Source: Thermomicrobiales bacterium
GTDB lineage: Bacteria; Chloroflexota; Chloroflexia; Thermomicrobiales; UBA6265
DNA: 44,318 nt
Reading direction: 5' to 3'
Assembly: GCA_035936495.1 (NCBI GenBank)
Contig: DASYWB010000112.1
Location: 1 to 44,318 of the forward strand
Position numbers and translations under genes: made by a program. Under the pieces are notes generated by a model that searched no databases, was not told where the DNA came from, and was given only the letters and a program-made list of their open reading frames with translations. Below, in pieces: positions 25,671-34,651 of the stretch (the first letter of the stretch is position 1; each line of letters begins with the position of its first letter).

Positions 25671-26758
25671 CTTCCCTCGCCATGGCGCGGAAAGGTCAAC
25701 ACCGCGCCCCGCACCGCCGCCAAGACCCGATCACCCGGCCGGATACCACTGTAGGTCCCGAGACGCGCCCGGAGCATCGTCCCATCGTCCAATCTCACGT
25801 GTACCAACTGATCGTGGCCATAAAACTCCCGGATCAACACGGTCCCGTTGGCGCCCTCACCCTCTTGCTCTGGCACGAGCCGGACGCTCTCCGGCCGCAA
25901 CATGACGAATACCGGCCCATCCGCGGCGTGCGTCCCCGGCAGATCGCCTAGCACGGTCGCGACCCGTCGCCCTGATCCCTCGCCGGGCAAGAACTGCGCG
26001 TCGCCCACGAACGCCGCGACTTCTTGTGACACGGGCCGGTGATAGAGCTCCTCTGGTGATGCCTGCTGGACGACCGTTCCACGGGCCATGACGGCGATGC
26101 GATCACTCAAGCTCAGCGCTTCCTCCTGGTCATGCGTCACCAGGATCGCCGTTGCCTCCGCGTCGCGAAGAATCTGGCGAACTTCCGCCCGCACCCGCGA
26201 CCGTAGCGCCGAGTCCAGATTGGAAAATGGCTCGTCTAACAGCACGATCTCCGGGGAAGGCGCGAGCGCCCGCGCGAGAGCCACCCGCTGTTGTTGACCG
26301 CCGGAAAGCTCGTAGGGCATGCGATTCGCAAGGCCACGCAACCCGACAAGGTCGAGCGCTTCCTCGATGCGGTGTTTGCGCTCACCGCCACGCGGCAAGC
26401 CAAAGGCGACATTCCGACCAACCGTCAGGTGAGGAAAGAGTGCGTAGTCTTGAAAGACCATCCCTACTCGCCTGCGCTCGGGCGGCAGGCTCCACCGGGG
26501 GCTCGCGACCACCTGTCCCCCGACCTCGATGACACCGGCGTCCAAATCCTCGAATCCGGCAATCAGGCGCAGCGAGGTCGTTTTTCCACAACCACTCGGA
26601 CCGAGCAGCGCGACAAGCTCGCCACGCTGGGCGTTCAGGTTCAGATTGTTCACTACCGGCACCTGCCCGAACCGCTTGCTCACTCCCGTGCAGCGTAAAG
26701 CAGCGGGCACCGCGATCTGGCTTCGCTCAATTGGCCGTTCTACCGCCGGGGCAATCAT
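25667..26758 (-). CDS. ABC transporter ATP-binding protein (FbpC/PotA-type with C-terminal TOBE-like domain)
   Basis: It has Walker A GPSGCGKTT, signature LSGGQQQRVALARAL and Walker B IVLLDEPFS. The ATG at 26756-26758 gives MIAPAVERP. The longer track ORF overlaps the permease. Confidence 0.85.
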   Translation of the reverse strand: MIAPAVERPIERSQIAVPAALRCTGVSKRFGQVPVVNNLNLNAQRGELVALLGPSGCGKTTSLRLIAGFEDLDAGVIEVGGQVVASPRWSLPPERRRVGMVFQDYALFPHLTVGRNVAFGLPRGGERKHRIEEALDLVGLRGLANRMPYELSGGQQQRVALARALAPSPEIVLLDEPFSNLDSALRSRVRAEVRQILRDAEATAILVTHDQEEALSLSDRIAVMARGTVVQQASPEELYHRPVSQEVAAFVGDAQFLPGEGSGRRVATVLGDLPGTHAADGPVFVMLRPESVRLVPEQEGEGANGTVLIREFYGHDQLVHVRLDDGTMLRARLGTYSGIRPGDRVLAAVRGAVLTFPRHGEGR

Positions 26759-26762
26759 CACT

Positions 26763-28442
26763 TCAGCCCTCACCACGAGGCGGCGACCAACGCGCATCCA
26801 AGAGCAGCGTCGGCACCGCGGCGACGACGATGAGCAAGAGCGCCGGCGCCGCCGCCTTGCCATAGGCACCGCCCCCGGACGCGTTCCAGACCGTGGTCGC
26901 TAGAGTCTCCCACTCGGTTGGACGCAGCAATAGCGTGAGCGGCAGCTCCTTCATCACCGTGAGAAAGACCAGTGCGGCTCCCGCGCCAATGCCCGGCCAC
27001 GATAGTGGGACCGTGATGCGCGCGGCCGTGCCGAACGTCGAGCGCCCCAAGTTTCGCGAGGCCTCTTCGAGTCGCGGGCTCACCTGGAGCAAAGCCGCCC
27101 GTGCCGATCCCACGGCCTGCGGTAGGAAGCGGACCACGTAGGCCAGCACCAGTAACGGTAATGTCTGATACAGCGGTGTCAGGTAGTTGGCCCCAAGAAA
27201 GACAAAGGCCAGCGCCACCACGATCCCAGGCAGGGCATAGCCGAGATAGGTCAGGCGCTCCAGCATCCGGGCCATGCGACCGGCATAGCGCACCGCGAGC
27301 CAGGCCACGGGCATCGCCGCGAGCACCGCGGCGGCGGCAGCCACGATGCTAATCCCAATCGAATGGAGCGTCGCCGCACCCAGTCCACCGAGCCCTTCAC
27401 CACCGGAAACACCATGCAATAGCCAGTACGTCAGCACACCAACCGGTAAGGCGAGCGCGAGACCCAAAACGACCAGGCAATAGGCACCGGCCAGCCAGCG
27501 CCAGCGGCCAAGCCGCACCAACCGGGGATGACGTGACGCCCCGCCACCGATTCGATAGTAGGCTGCCCTACCCCGCGCCCGGGATTCGGCTACCAGGACC
27601 ACCAGCGCCAGGAGCACCAGCAGCAGAGCCATCGCCGCCGCCTGTGACCGGTCGAACGACGAACGGTATTGCACGTAGATGACCCGGGTGAAGACGTCGA
27701 ACCGCAGCAGTGTCACAACGCCGAAGTCGCTGACCGCGTAGAGCGCCGCGAGCAGCGCGCCGGCGACGACCGCCGGTCTTAACTGAGGCAACAAACAGGT
27801 GAAAAACGTCTGCCACGGGCCGATGCCGAGCGAGCGGGCCGCCTCTTCGATAGCGGGGTCGATGCCGCGCAACGCCGCACGGGTGCCAAGATAGACATAG
27901 GGATACGTGAACAACGTCAGGGTCAGCCACGCCCCGAAGAACCCGTAAAGCTCTGGCAGCCGCTGCACACCGAGCGGCTCCAAGGCCCCCTGGAGCATGC
28001 CTCTGGGACCGAGCGCGGCGACAACGGTCATCGCCCCGACGTACGACGGTATGACCAGCGGCAGCACGACCACCACTGACCAGGCCCGGCGACCGGGCAG
28101 ATCCGTTCGTGTCGTCAGCCACGCGAGCGGCACCGCCAAGCTCGCGCTACCGACGGCGACCGAACCGGCCAGGAAGATCGTGTTGGCCATCACCTCGGCG
28201 GTGCGGACCCGAAACAGGATCGGCCACAACCCGGTTCTCGCGTCCATCGCCCGGATCACCAGGTAGACGAGCGGAACCAACATTCCCAGAGAAATGACCA
28301 GCGCCGGCAGCCAGACAATCACCGGCGGTCGTCGGGGACGGCCCCAGGTCAAACGGTCACGCCGAAGACGGGGCCGGCTCTCTGGCTCCGGCCCCGTCTC
28401 TCGCACGATCTTCGCCTGTCCAATATGCGGGACCGCCGGCAC
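26763..28442 (-). CDS. Fe(III)/thiamine-type ABC transporter permease (fused double permease, FbpB/ThiP-like)
   Basis: The 559-aa product has about 12 TM segments in two homologous halves, each with an EAA-type loop (EEAARSLGIGPWQTF and EEASRNLGRSTFGTA). Confidence 0.85.
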   Translation of the reverse strand: MPAVPHIGQAKIVRETGPEPESRPRLRRDRLTWGRPRRPPVIVWLPALVISLGMLVPLVYLVIRAMDARTGLWPILFRVRTAEVMANTIFLAGSVAVGSASLAVPLAWLTTRTDLPGRRAWSVVVVLPLVIPSYVGAMTVVAALGPRGMLQGALEPLGVQRLPELYGFFGAWLTLTLFTYPYVYLGTRAALRGIDPAIEEAARSLGIGPWQTFFTCLLPQLRPAVVAGALLAALYAVSDFGVVTLLRFDVFTRVIYVQYRSSFDRSQAAAMALLLVLLALVVLVAESRARGRAAYYRIGGGASRHPRLVRLGRWRWLAGAYCLVVLGLALALPVGVLTYWLLHGVSGGEGLGGLGAATLHSIGISIVAAAAAVLAAMPVAWLAVRYAGRMARMLERLTYLGYALPGIVVALAFVFLGANYLTPLYQTLPLLVLAYVVRFLPQAVGSARAALLQVSPRLEEASRNLGRSTFGTAARITVPLSWPGIGAGAALVFLTVMKELPLTLLLRPTEWETLATTVWNASGGGAYGKAAAPALLLIVVAAVPTLLLDARWSPPRGEG

Positions 28443-28499
28443 TTAGAGGCGACCTTTCCGTTCAGGAGCGGACGTATCCACCCGGGTCTTTGGCCGGCT

Positions 28500-29675
28500 T
28501 TAGATGACCCCGACCTCGGCGAGCAGTTGAAGCGTGCCTTCGAGGTCGCTCAAGTCCGAGAGATCAATCTCAGGACTGTCAATCTCCGCGAGCGGCTTCA
28601 GATCCGGGATTGGCTCGACTCCCTCGATCAGCGGATACTCGAAGGTCTCCGTCGCGAAGTATTCTTGCGCGTCCTCACCCAGCAGCGCCCGGATGACCGC
28701 CAGCGCCTGCTCCTCCTGCTCGGTCCCCTTCACGATACCGGCGCCGGCGACGTTGACCAGCGACCCGGGATCGCCGCCGGGGAAGAAGTGGTTCGCAATC
28801 GGCTGTTCGCCCTCTTCCGCCTCAACCTCATAGAGATAGTAGTGGTTGACCAGACCAACCTCGATCTCACCCGCGGCAACCGCTCGGGTGATTGCCCCGT
28901 TACTCTCGTAGGGCACAACACCGTTCGCGAGCATACCTTCAAGCCATTCACGAGCGGCGTCATCGCCCTCTAACAGGCGCAGGGCAGTCACGAACGACTG
29001 GAACGAGCCGTTCTCCGGAGCCCAACCGACCTTCCCTTCCCACTTCGGGTCGGTGAAATCGAGCACGGAATCGGGCATATCGTCTTCCGTCAGCTCATCG
29101 GTATTGTAAACCGCAACCCGGGCACGCCCGGAGAGGCCAGTCCAGAGTCCCTCCGGCGATCGGAATCGCGGATCGACCCGCTCCAGAATATCGTCAGGCA
29201 ACTCCTGCAGCCGGCCCTCCTCAGCCAGCTCTCCGAGTGCTCCGGCATCCTGGGCGATGTAGAGACCGGCCGGGCTATTCTCGCCCTCTTCCAGGATCTG
29301 AGCGGCCAGTTCAGCGGTGCCGCCGTAACGTACCTCGAGGTCGACTCCCGTCAACGCCTCGAGACGCGGCACCAGCGGGCCGAGAAACGCCTCATTGCGC
29401 CCTGAGTAGACGGTTAGCGTTCCGGCCGACCCGACTGGGGTTCCCTCGATCGGCTCAAGGGTCGGCTCCTCAACCTCGGGGTCCGCCTCAGGGTCAGGCT
29501 CGGCTGTCGGATCTTGGGCAAGGGCACCCCGCGCCCACAAGCTCGCGGCCGCGATCCCTCCGGCACCGACAGAGGCGAGCTTGACTAGGCTCCGGCGGGT
29601 CATCTGATCGTCCCAATTGGGATTCTCAGCCAGCATCTTCTCCCGCCATCGCATCCATGCCCACTGACTTCGCAC
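28500..29675 (-). CDS. ABC transporter substrate-binding protein (FbpA/AfuA/ThiB-like) with twin-arginine-type signal
   Basis: The GTG at 29675 follows AAAGGAG-N6. The signal is MTRRSLVKLASVGAGGIAAASLWARGALA. The body is a family-1 iron(III)-type SBP (LTVYSGRNE...VRYGG...). Confidence 0.85.
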   Translation of the reverse strand: MRSQWAWMRWREKMLAENPNWDDQMTRRSLVKLASVGAGGIAAASLWARGALAQDPTAEPDPEADPEVEEPTLEPIEGTPVGSAGTLTVYSGRNEAFLGPLVPRLEALTGVDLEVRYGGTAELAAQILEEGENSPAGLYIAQDAGALGELAEEGRLQELPDDILERVDPRFRSPEGLWTGLSGRARVAVYNTDELTEDDMPDSVLDFTDPKWEGKVGWAPENGSFQSFVTALRLLEGDDAAREWLEGMLANGVVPYESNGAITRAVAAGEIEVGLVNHYYLYEVEAEEGEQPIANHFFPGGDPGSLVNVAGAGIVKGTEQEEQALAVIRALLGEDAQEYFATETFEYPLIEGVEPIPDLKPLAEIDSPEIDLSDLSDLEGTLQLLAEVGVI

Positions 29676-29753
29676 TCGATGCTCCTTTCCCCGTGATGGC
29701 GCACACCTTCGGGTCGCGCCCTAATTCCGACCTGCCAACTCGGCATTGCCACT

Positions 29754-29783
29754 ACGCTAGCGCGTCCGGTTCCCTGCTGTCAA
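29754..29783 (-). promoter_or_regulatory. candidate sigma-70-type promoter of the iron-type ABC operon
   Basis: On the minus strand, TTGACA (29778-29783), an 18-nt spacer and TAGCGT (29754-29759) lie about 80 nt upstream of the GTG start. The -10 element is weak. Confidence 0.25.
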
Positions 29784-30295
29784 GACCCGCGGTGATAGGA
29801 GTGGGGTAGCAGTGCCGTGGCCCGCGCCTATCCTTCTATCTACCCGTCAGCCCAAGCCGAGCGCCACCCTGGCCGCCAGGATCGTGTCTCGCCGGTGGAA
29901 GCTCAGCTGGGTAATCCACCCGCGCTCGGCAATGCCGCATGACGCGCGGCGCTCATGCGCCGCTAGCTGGCTTCGATCCGACGTATCCGGGTGAGCGCCG
30001 GGGCTTTCAGCCTCTGGCGCTTATTCCGTCTCCTTCTCCCAACATGTAGCCTGAGATTCACCGGGTAGCCCATGAAAACCGCGAGGCGCACCCGGAAACC
30101 TTGCACGGATTGAGTGCCGCACCGCACACTGTCTCATCATCCGGCGCAGGAGGTTTTCAAGCTCGGAGGCGGCGCAACCGTGTCCCGCGCTTGCCGGGTC
30201 AATCAACATCCGGCACACGCTCTTCGCCTCTTGCCACTGATACGTGCAAGCCACCGTACCCGTACGCGGAACGAATGACAGGGAGGAGACGCATC

Positions 30296-30784
30296 ATGAC
30301 CCGCAAGGCAGACTTCTCCAAGAAGAATCTGGCTCATGCTAGCTTTCGAGGGGAAGACTTTACCGAGGCCGAGCTCTCCGAAACCAACCTGCAGGGAGCT
30401 AGCCTTCGCGACGCGAATCTCCGCGGCGCGCAGCTGAGGGGGGCCGACATGAGTCACGACGATTTCCGAGGTGCCTCGCTCATCGGTGCGCAAATGGAAA
30501 ACACCCAGTTGCCGGGGGCGCATCTCGCCGGCGTCGATCTCTCGAACGCCAATCTCCATGGCGCCAACCTCGAGGGAGCTGACCTACGGGACGCGAATCT
30601 GAACGGTGTCGATCTTCGTCACGCGAATCTCGTGGGCGCAAATCTCACGGGATCCAACATCGAAGCCGCCGCCACGCTGGCCGGAGCAAATCTGCGCGAC
30701 GTCATCGGCCTTACCGAGGAGCAGATGGACGCGTGTCGCACTCGATGGGCAGTGACGGACCGCGAGACGAGCGAATCGAGATGA
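30296..30784 (+). CDS. pentapeptide-repeat protein
   Basis: The 162-aa product is made almost entirely of A(D/N)LxG-type pentads (ANLRGAQLRGADMSH...ANLHGANLEGADLRDANLNGVDLRHANLVGANLTG). The ATG at 30296 follows GGGAGGAG-N7. Confidence 0.85.
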   Translation: MTRKADFSKKNLAHASFRGEDFTEAELSETNLQGASLRDANLRGAQLRGADMSHDDFRGASLIGAQMENTQLPGAHLAGVDLSNANLHGANLEGADLRDANLNGVDLRHANLVGANLTGSNIEAAATLAGANLRDVIGLTEEQMDACRTRWAVTDRETSESR

Positions 30785-30851
30785 CCCAACGTATAGGGTC
30801 GTCAGTCCTGGGGATTTACGAACCCATAGGGCGGGCACCGGACGCATACGA

Positions 30852-30871
30852 CCGGCGTCGCATGACGCCGG
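30852..30871 (+). terminator. GC-rich hairpin downstream of the pentapeptide gene (no U-tract)
   Basis: ccggcgtc-gcat-gacgccgg forms an 8-bp perfect stem about 70 nt after the stop codon. It is followed by gaaaatag rather than a T-run. Confidence 0.3.
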
Positions 30872-31147
30872 GAAAATAGAGCGCGTTGCCATGCCGTCAT
30901 CCGTTGGAGGGTTCGAAACCTTTGTCGGGTCGCGGTTCGAGTGGTTCCATCGCCCGGTGGCCTGCTCCCTCTCCGTCGCCTCGCTCACACATAACCGAAA
31001 GCGGGGGATTGCCTTTCGGGCAACGCGGGCGTACCATAACAGCCTGATTCTCGGAAGACTTCCGGCGGTGGTGGCCACCTAGGGGCATCCTCACTAACGG
31101 CCGAGAACCAGACGGCGCCGCGGTCGGCTAGAGACAAGGAGATCAGC

Positions 31148-31381
31148 ATGGGACGGATCATTGTCGCCAATCGCCGAGGTCATCAGGTCGTTGACTGGGA
31201 GACGACCGACACCGAAGAGGCCCGCGCGGGCATCGCCGAAGCTGAGCGCATCCTGGAAGAGGCGCGGTCGAGCGGGTGCGCGATCTCGAAGAAGGTCGAC
31301 GGCGCCCACGTCCTCGATGACGGACCATTCGATCCCCAAGCCGAGGAATATCAGATCATCGCTCCGATTGCCGGCGGCTAA
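31148..31381 (+). CDS. small beta-grasp-like protein with C-terminal Gly-Gly (ThiS/MoaD/ubiquitin-like candidate)
   Basis: AAGGAG-N6-ATG opens a 77-aa ORF ending ...EEYQIIAPIAGG-stop. The strand-strand-helix-strand pattern and the hydrophobic-x-P-hydrophobic-x-GG terminus resemble sulfur-carrier and ubiquitin-like proteins. Confidence 0.6.
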   Translation: MGRIIVANRRGHQVVDWETTDTEEARAGIAEAERILEEARSSGCAISKKVDGAHVLDDGPFDPQAEEYQIIAPIAGG

Positions 31382-31538
31382 CGACCGCCGGCTCACTCTA
31401 GGAACGCCGCGTCTTGCCGGGGTTGCCGCCACGGTGAGATCGGAGCGTCTCGCGCCCGCGGAGCGCCGTCTCCTATCCCGGTGTCCCTCTGGCGCACTCT
31501 GGTTCCCAGCGAGGCACGAGGGCGGCGAGGTGGTGAGG

Positions 31539-32072
31539 ATGATCATGACCGGACTGTCCGAGTGGTGGCAGGACACCATCGCTTCCTGGCAGCGCTGGTG
31601 GAGTGATCAACTCGATACGCTGAGCGGTGAACCTCCCCATCCCGGGGACGAGACCCAGCTCGAGCTGCCCTGGCGACACCGGTGGGATCATCTGCCGAAG
31701 CGCACTGCCGGCTTCGGGTTCACCAAGCATGACTATCGACAGGCCCGGCGCCGCGCCGAGGAAGTCGCCCGGACGACGCTCGGCGCGGCGCTCTGGTCGA
31801 AACTCCAGCGCGACGGCTTCCTCGACCTCCCGTCGCGCATCTACCCTGGGCTCACCTACCGCCTGCGCGTCGGGCAGCGCATCGAGGTGCTCGTGGAACC
31901 AGGCGTGCGAATGCCGTGGCGGCATCCGTATCTCTGCATCAATCCCACCTATCCGCTGCCGGAGGCCGAGTTCTTCGCGCACCTCTATCTCTACGTCAGG
32001 GACCGCGAATCCGAAGTGATCCGCGTCGCCGCTCCCCAACCGTGGGACCAGGCGCTCGGCCGCACCTTCTAG
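31539..32072 (+). CDS. hypothetical protein with Trp-rich N-terminus (about 177 aa)
   Basis: GGTGAGG precedes ATGATCATG (starts at 31539 or 31545). The sequence is MIMTGLSEWWQDTIASWQRWWSDQL...YPGLTYRLRVGQRIEVLV...PYLCINPTYPLPEAEFFAHLYLYV. I recognise no family. The N-terminal part of the 303-aa track ORF overlaps the upstream gene and is discarded. Confidence 0.5.
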   Translation: MIMTGLSEWWQDTIASWQRWWSDQLDTLSGEPPHPGDETQLELPWRHRWDHLPKRTAGFGFTKHDYRQARRRAEEVARTTLGAALWSKLQRDGFLDLPSRIYPGLTYRLRVGQRIEVLVEPGVRMPWRHPYLCINPTYPLPEAEFFAHLYLYVRDRESEVIRVAAPQPWDQALGRTF

Positions 32073-32219
32073 GCCCGTTATGGCCGCCACGCGAACGGCA
32101 ACTGTCGTCTCGGTGCAATGGGGAGCAAGGGGTATTCACTGTTCTTCAATATGGCGATGGACCGGGTGTGTCGCCCGGTCCATCGCCTTGGTGTCACGAT
32201 GCTCAGGCAGCGGGAGAAG

Positions 32220-32420
32220 CTACTGAGTCGCCTTCTTGACAAGGTTGTCAACTTTGTCCTTGGCATCGGCAAGACCTTGTTTGGCCTCTCCGCTCGTCTC
32301 CTGCGTTTCACCCTCGGCCTTGGTCTGCTCGTCGCCGGTCAAGTCGCCAAACGCGCTCTTCGCGCGTCCCATGACCTCGTCGGACTTCCCTTCGACACGA
32401 TCTTTGCTTTGATCTGTCAC
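32220..32420 (-). CDS. CsbD-family general stress protein
   Basis: The 66-aa product has the typical repeats KDRVEGKSDEVMGRAKSAFGDLTGDEQTKAEGETQETSGEAKQ. The GTG start follows GGAAAGGGGG. Confidence 0.8.
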   Translation of the reverse strand: MTDQSKDRVEGKSDEVMGRAKSAFGDLTGDEQTKAEGETQETSGEAKQGLADAKDKVDNLVKKATQ

Positions 32421-32721
32421 GATCTCTGCCCCCTTTCCTCTCGTTGGGCCTCACCAGCACGTGTCCAGGTGCTGGACTGTAGGATTGGTCGCAGTCCGCA
32501 TGCCATGAGCCTGATAAAACCTTCGATAAGCTACACTGACGGGTATCCTCACGGGAGCACCCTATGCGCAGGAATACGGCGCAATCTATTGACGAAGAGC
32601 CGATGCAGGACCAAGATGGCAATGATTCGCGAGGACGCGGGAACAGATCCACCGGCTCCGGGTCCCTATGTTCCGGGAAACGCGCGACGGCGGTGCGCGG
32701 TATCCCAGGAGGAGGCCGAGC

Positions 32722-33546
32722 ATGTTGCAATTCGACGCGCGTGATGGGTCCACCGCTCGCACGCTCGCCGTGATGGCCGTTCCAACGACTCGGCGCGCCG
32801 CGCCGCTTATTCGATCCAGTGCTTCAACTCCGGATGAGGCGCCAGGATGCGCCTCCTTCGCCGGATCTCCAGACGGTACGCAACCTGAATCGGACGGGGC
32901 AAGCAGCGGCTCCCGGCACCAACGGCCGTCCACGGTCACCTACCTCAAGGGCCAGGAGATCTTCTCTCCGGGTCAGGGAAACGGTCTCGTCTACTTCGTC
33001 CGTTCCGGCTGCGTCCGGCTATACAAATCGCTGTCTGATGGACGCGCGGTCAACCTCGGGATCCTTGGACCAAATACGATCTTCACCCAAGAGGACGCGT
33101 ACGATGGTCTGTCGACCGGCGCCTCGGCCGAGGCCATGGTGGAATCTACCCTCTCGGTCGTGGATATGGACGATCTCTCCCGCCTTATCGCCCACTCTCC
33201 GGATCTTGCCGCGGCCGTGGTCACGGGAATGACGCGACGGATGACCGAGCTCCAGACGCTGGTCGAGCAGCTCTTGGCTCGCGACACCTCGGTCCGGTTG
33301 GTGACGACGCTCCTCCAACTCGCCAACCGATTTGGCCGTCCGACCGCCGATGGCATGTTCGCCATCGCCTTCCCCTTGACGCATCAAAGCCTGGCGAACA
33401 TGATTGGCTCCAACCGGGTAACGGTTACCCGCAAGCTGCTGGAGCTCCAAGAGCAGGGCATCGTCCGCTCGCTGGGCCGCAACGCCGTGGCGGTCGATCG
33501 CGATAGGCTGCATCAGTATCTCCAGACGGCAACGGTCGACCGGTAG
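32722..33546 (+). CDS. Crp/Fnr-family transcriptional regulator with about 60-aa low-complexity N-terminal extension
   Basis: It has a cNMP-binding-type beta-barrel (YLKGQEIFSPGQGNGLVYFVRSGCVRLY) and the C-terminal HTH THQSLANMIGSNRVTVTRKLLELQEQGIV. The ATG at 32722 follows AGGAGGAGG-N6. Confidence 0.8.
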   Translation: MLQFDARDGSTARTLAVMAVPTTRRAAPLIRSSASTPDEAPGCASFAGSPDGTQPESDGASSGSRHQRPSTVTYLKGQEIFSPGQGNGLVYFVRSGCVRLYKSLSDGRAVNLGILGPNTIFTQEDAYDGLSTGASAEAMVESTLSVVDMDDLSRLIAHSPDLAAAVVTGMTRRMTELQTLVEQLLARDTSVRLVTTLLQLANRFGRPTADGMFAIAFPLTHQSLANMIGSNRVTVTRKLLELQEQGIVRSLGRNAVAVDRDRLHQYLQTATVDR

Positions 33547-33615
33547 CGAGAACCGAGGCGCGGATGAGCCCGTCCCAGGGAGACTCACGACCCACCCCGT
33601 CACAGAGAGAGAAGC

Positions 33616-34566
33616 ATGGCCATGGATGGTCTCCAACCGGCAACAAGCGACCCCCCGCCGTCTCTCGCACCTGACGGTCCGGTCTTCGTCACCGGTGGCA
33701 CGGGGTTCGTCGGCGGTAATATCCGGGAGGCGCTCCGTGGTCGTCCGCTGCGCTTGCTGGTGCGAGACAAGGTCAAAGCGGCCGCGGAGGCTGAGGCCGG
33801 CATCGAGCTGGTTGAAGGTGACGTGACCAGACCGGAGAGCTTGCGTGGCGCCATGGACGGCTGTAGCGCCGTGGTTCATCTGGTCGCCATCATTTCGGAA
33901 GAGGGCGGCGCCACCTTTGACGGGGTCATCCATCACGGCACGGTCAACGTGCTTGAGGAGGCCAGCCGAGCGGGCATCGGCCGGTTCATCCAGATGAGTG
34001 CCCTCGGCGCTAGGGATGACACGCGTTTCCCCTACCTGCAGGCCAAATGGCGCGCCGAGCAGGCGGTCCAGGCGTCGGGTATCCCGTGGACCATCTTCCG
34101 TCCCTCGGTGATCTTCGGCCCCGGCGACGAGTTCATCAACCAACTCGCGAGCGTAGTGCGGAAATTCCCGATCATTCCCGTCGTCGGCGACGGGCAGTCC
34201 ACGTTCATGCCGGTCGCTGTCAAAGAAGTCGCCGCCGCGTTCCGACGAGCGCTCGACGATCCAGCGACGATCAGACAGATCTACGAGCTCGGTGGCGGGA
34301 AGGTCTACACCTATGAGGCAATGCTCAATGTCATCGCCGCCAAGCTCGGCAAGCGCAAGCCGAAGGTCCATGTCCCGGTCTCGCTGATGATGCCGGTCGT
34401 CACGTTCTCGAAGCCCCTGCCTAAGGCGCTTCGGCCGCCCGTCACCGAAGAACAGCTCAAGATGCTCGCGCTCGACAACAGCACCGACCAGAACGCGATC
34501 GCTGAGCTCATCGGGCAGCCACCGACCGCACTGGAAGACGGCATCGACTACATCGTCAAGCGTTGA
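33616..34566 (+). CDS. NAD(P)-binding atypical SDR (NmrA / complex-I NDUFA9-like epimerase-dehydratase fold)
   Basis: The Rossmann motif is VFVTGGTGFVGGNI, followed by VVHLVAII and a YLQAKW-type Y-x3-K. Confidence 0.8.
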   Translation: MAMDGLQPATSDPPPSLAPDGPVFVTGGTGFVGGNIREALRGRPLRLLVRDKVKAAAEAEAGIELVEGDVTRPESLRGAMDGCSAVVHLVAIISEEGGATFDGVIHHGTVNVLEEASRAGIGRFIQMSALGARDDTRFPYLQAKWRAEQAVQASGIPWTIFRPSVIFGPGDEFINQLASVVRKFPIIPVVGDGQSTFMPVAVKEVAAAFRRALDDPATIRQIYELGGGKVYTYEAMLNVIAAKLGKRKPKVHVPVSLMMPVVTFSKPLPKALRPPVTEEQLKMLALDNSTDQNAIAELIGQPPTALEDGIDYIVKR

Positions 34567-34651
34567 GCCGTTAGCCATCAGCCCTCCAGGTGCGTTCGCG
34601 CTTCGGGGGTGATCTTCGCCTGTTGTTTGAAAGATTCCCGCCCTACGATGC

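Noticed and set aside
29676-29800. TPP (THI-box) riboswitch upstream of the FbpABC/ThiBPQ-like ABC operon
   Set aside because: The THI-box cores (CTGAGA ... ACCTGATCTGGATAATGCCAGCG) are absent. The only resemblance is a generic CCTGG-CGG-CCAGG hairpin further upstream.
30895-30950. tRNA or tmRNA-like element suggested by GGGTTCGAAACC and GCGGTTCGAGTGG
   Set aside because: No 7-bp acceptor stem complementary to the downstream sequence could be found. I also saw no D-arm or anticodon arm, and the T-stems need several G-U pairs.
31161-31538. First 126 codons of the 303-aa track ORF
   Set aside because: They overlap the well-supported 77-aa gene in another frame and are Arg/Ser/Pro-rich. An SD-ATG at 31539/31545 starts the plausible 177-aa protein.
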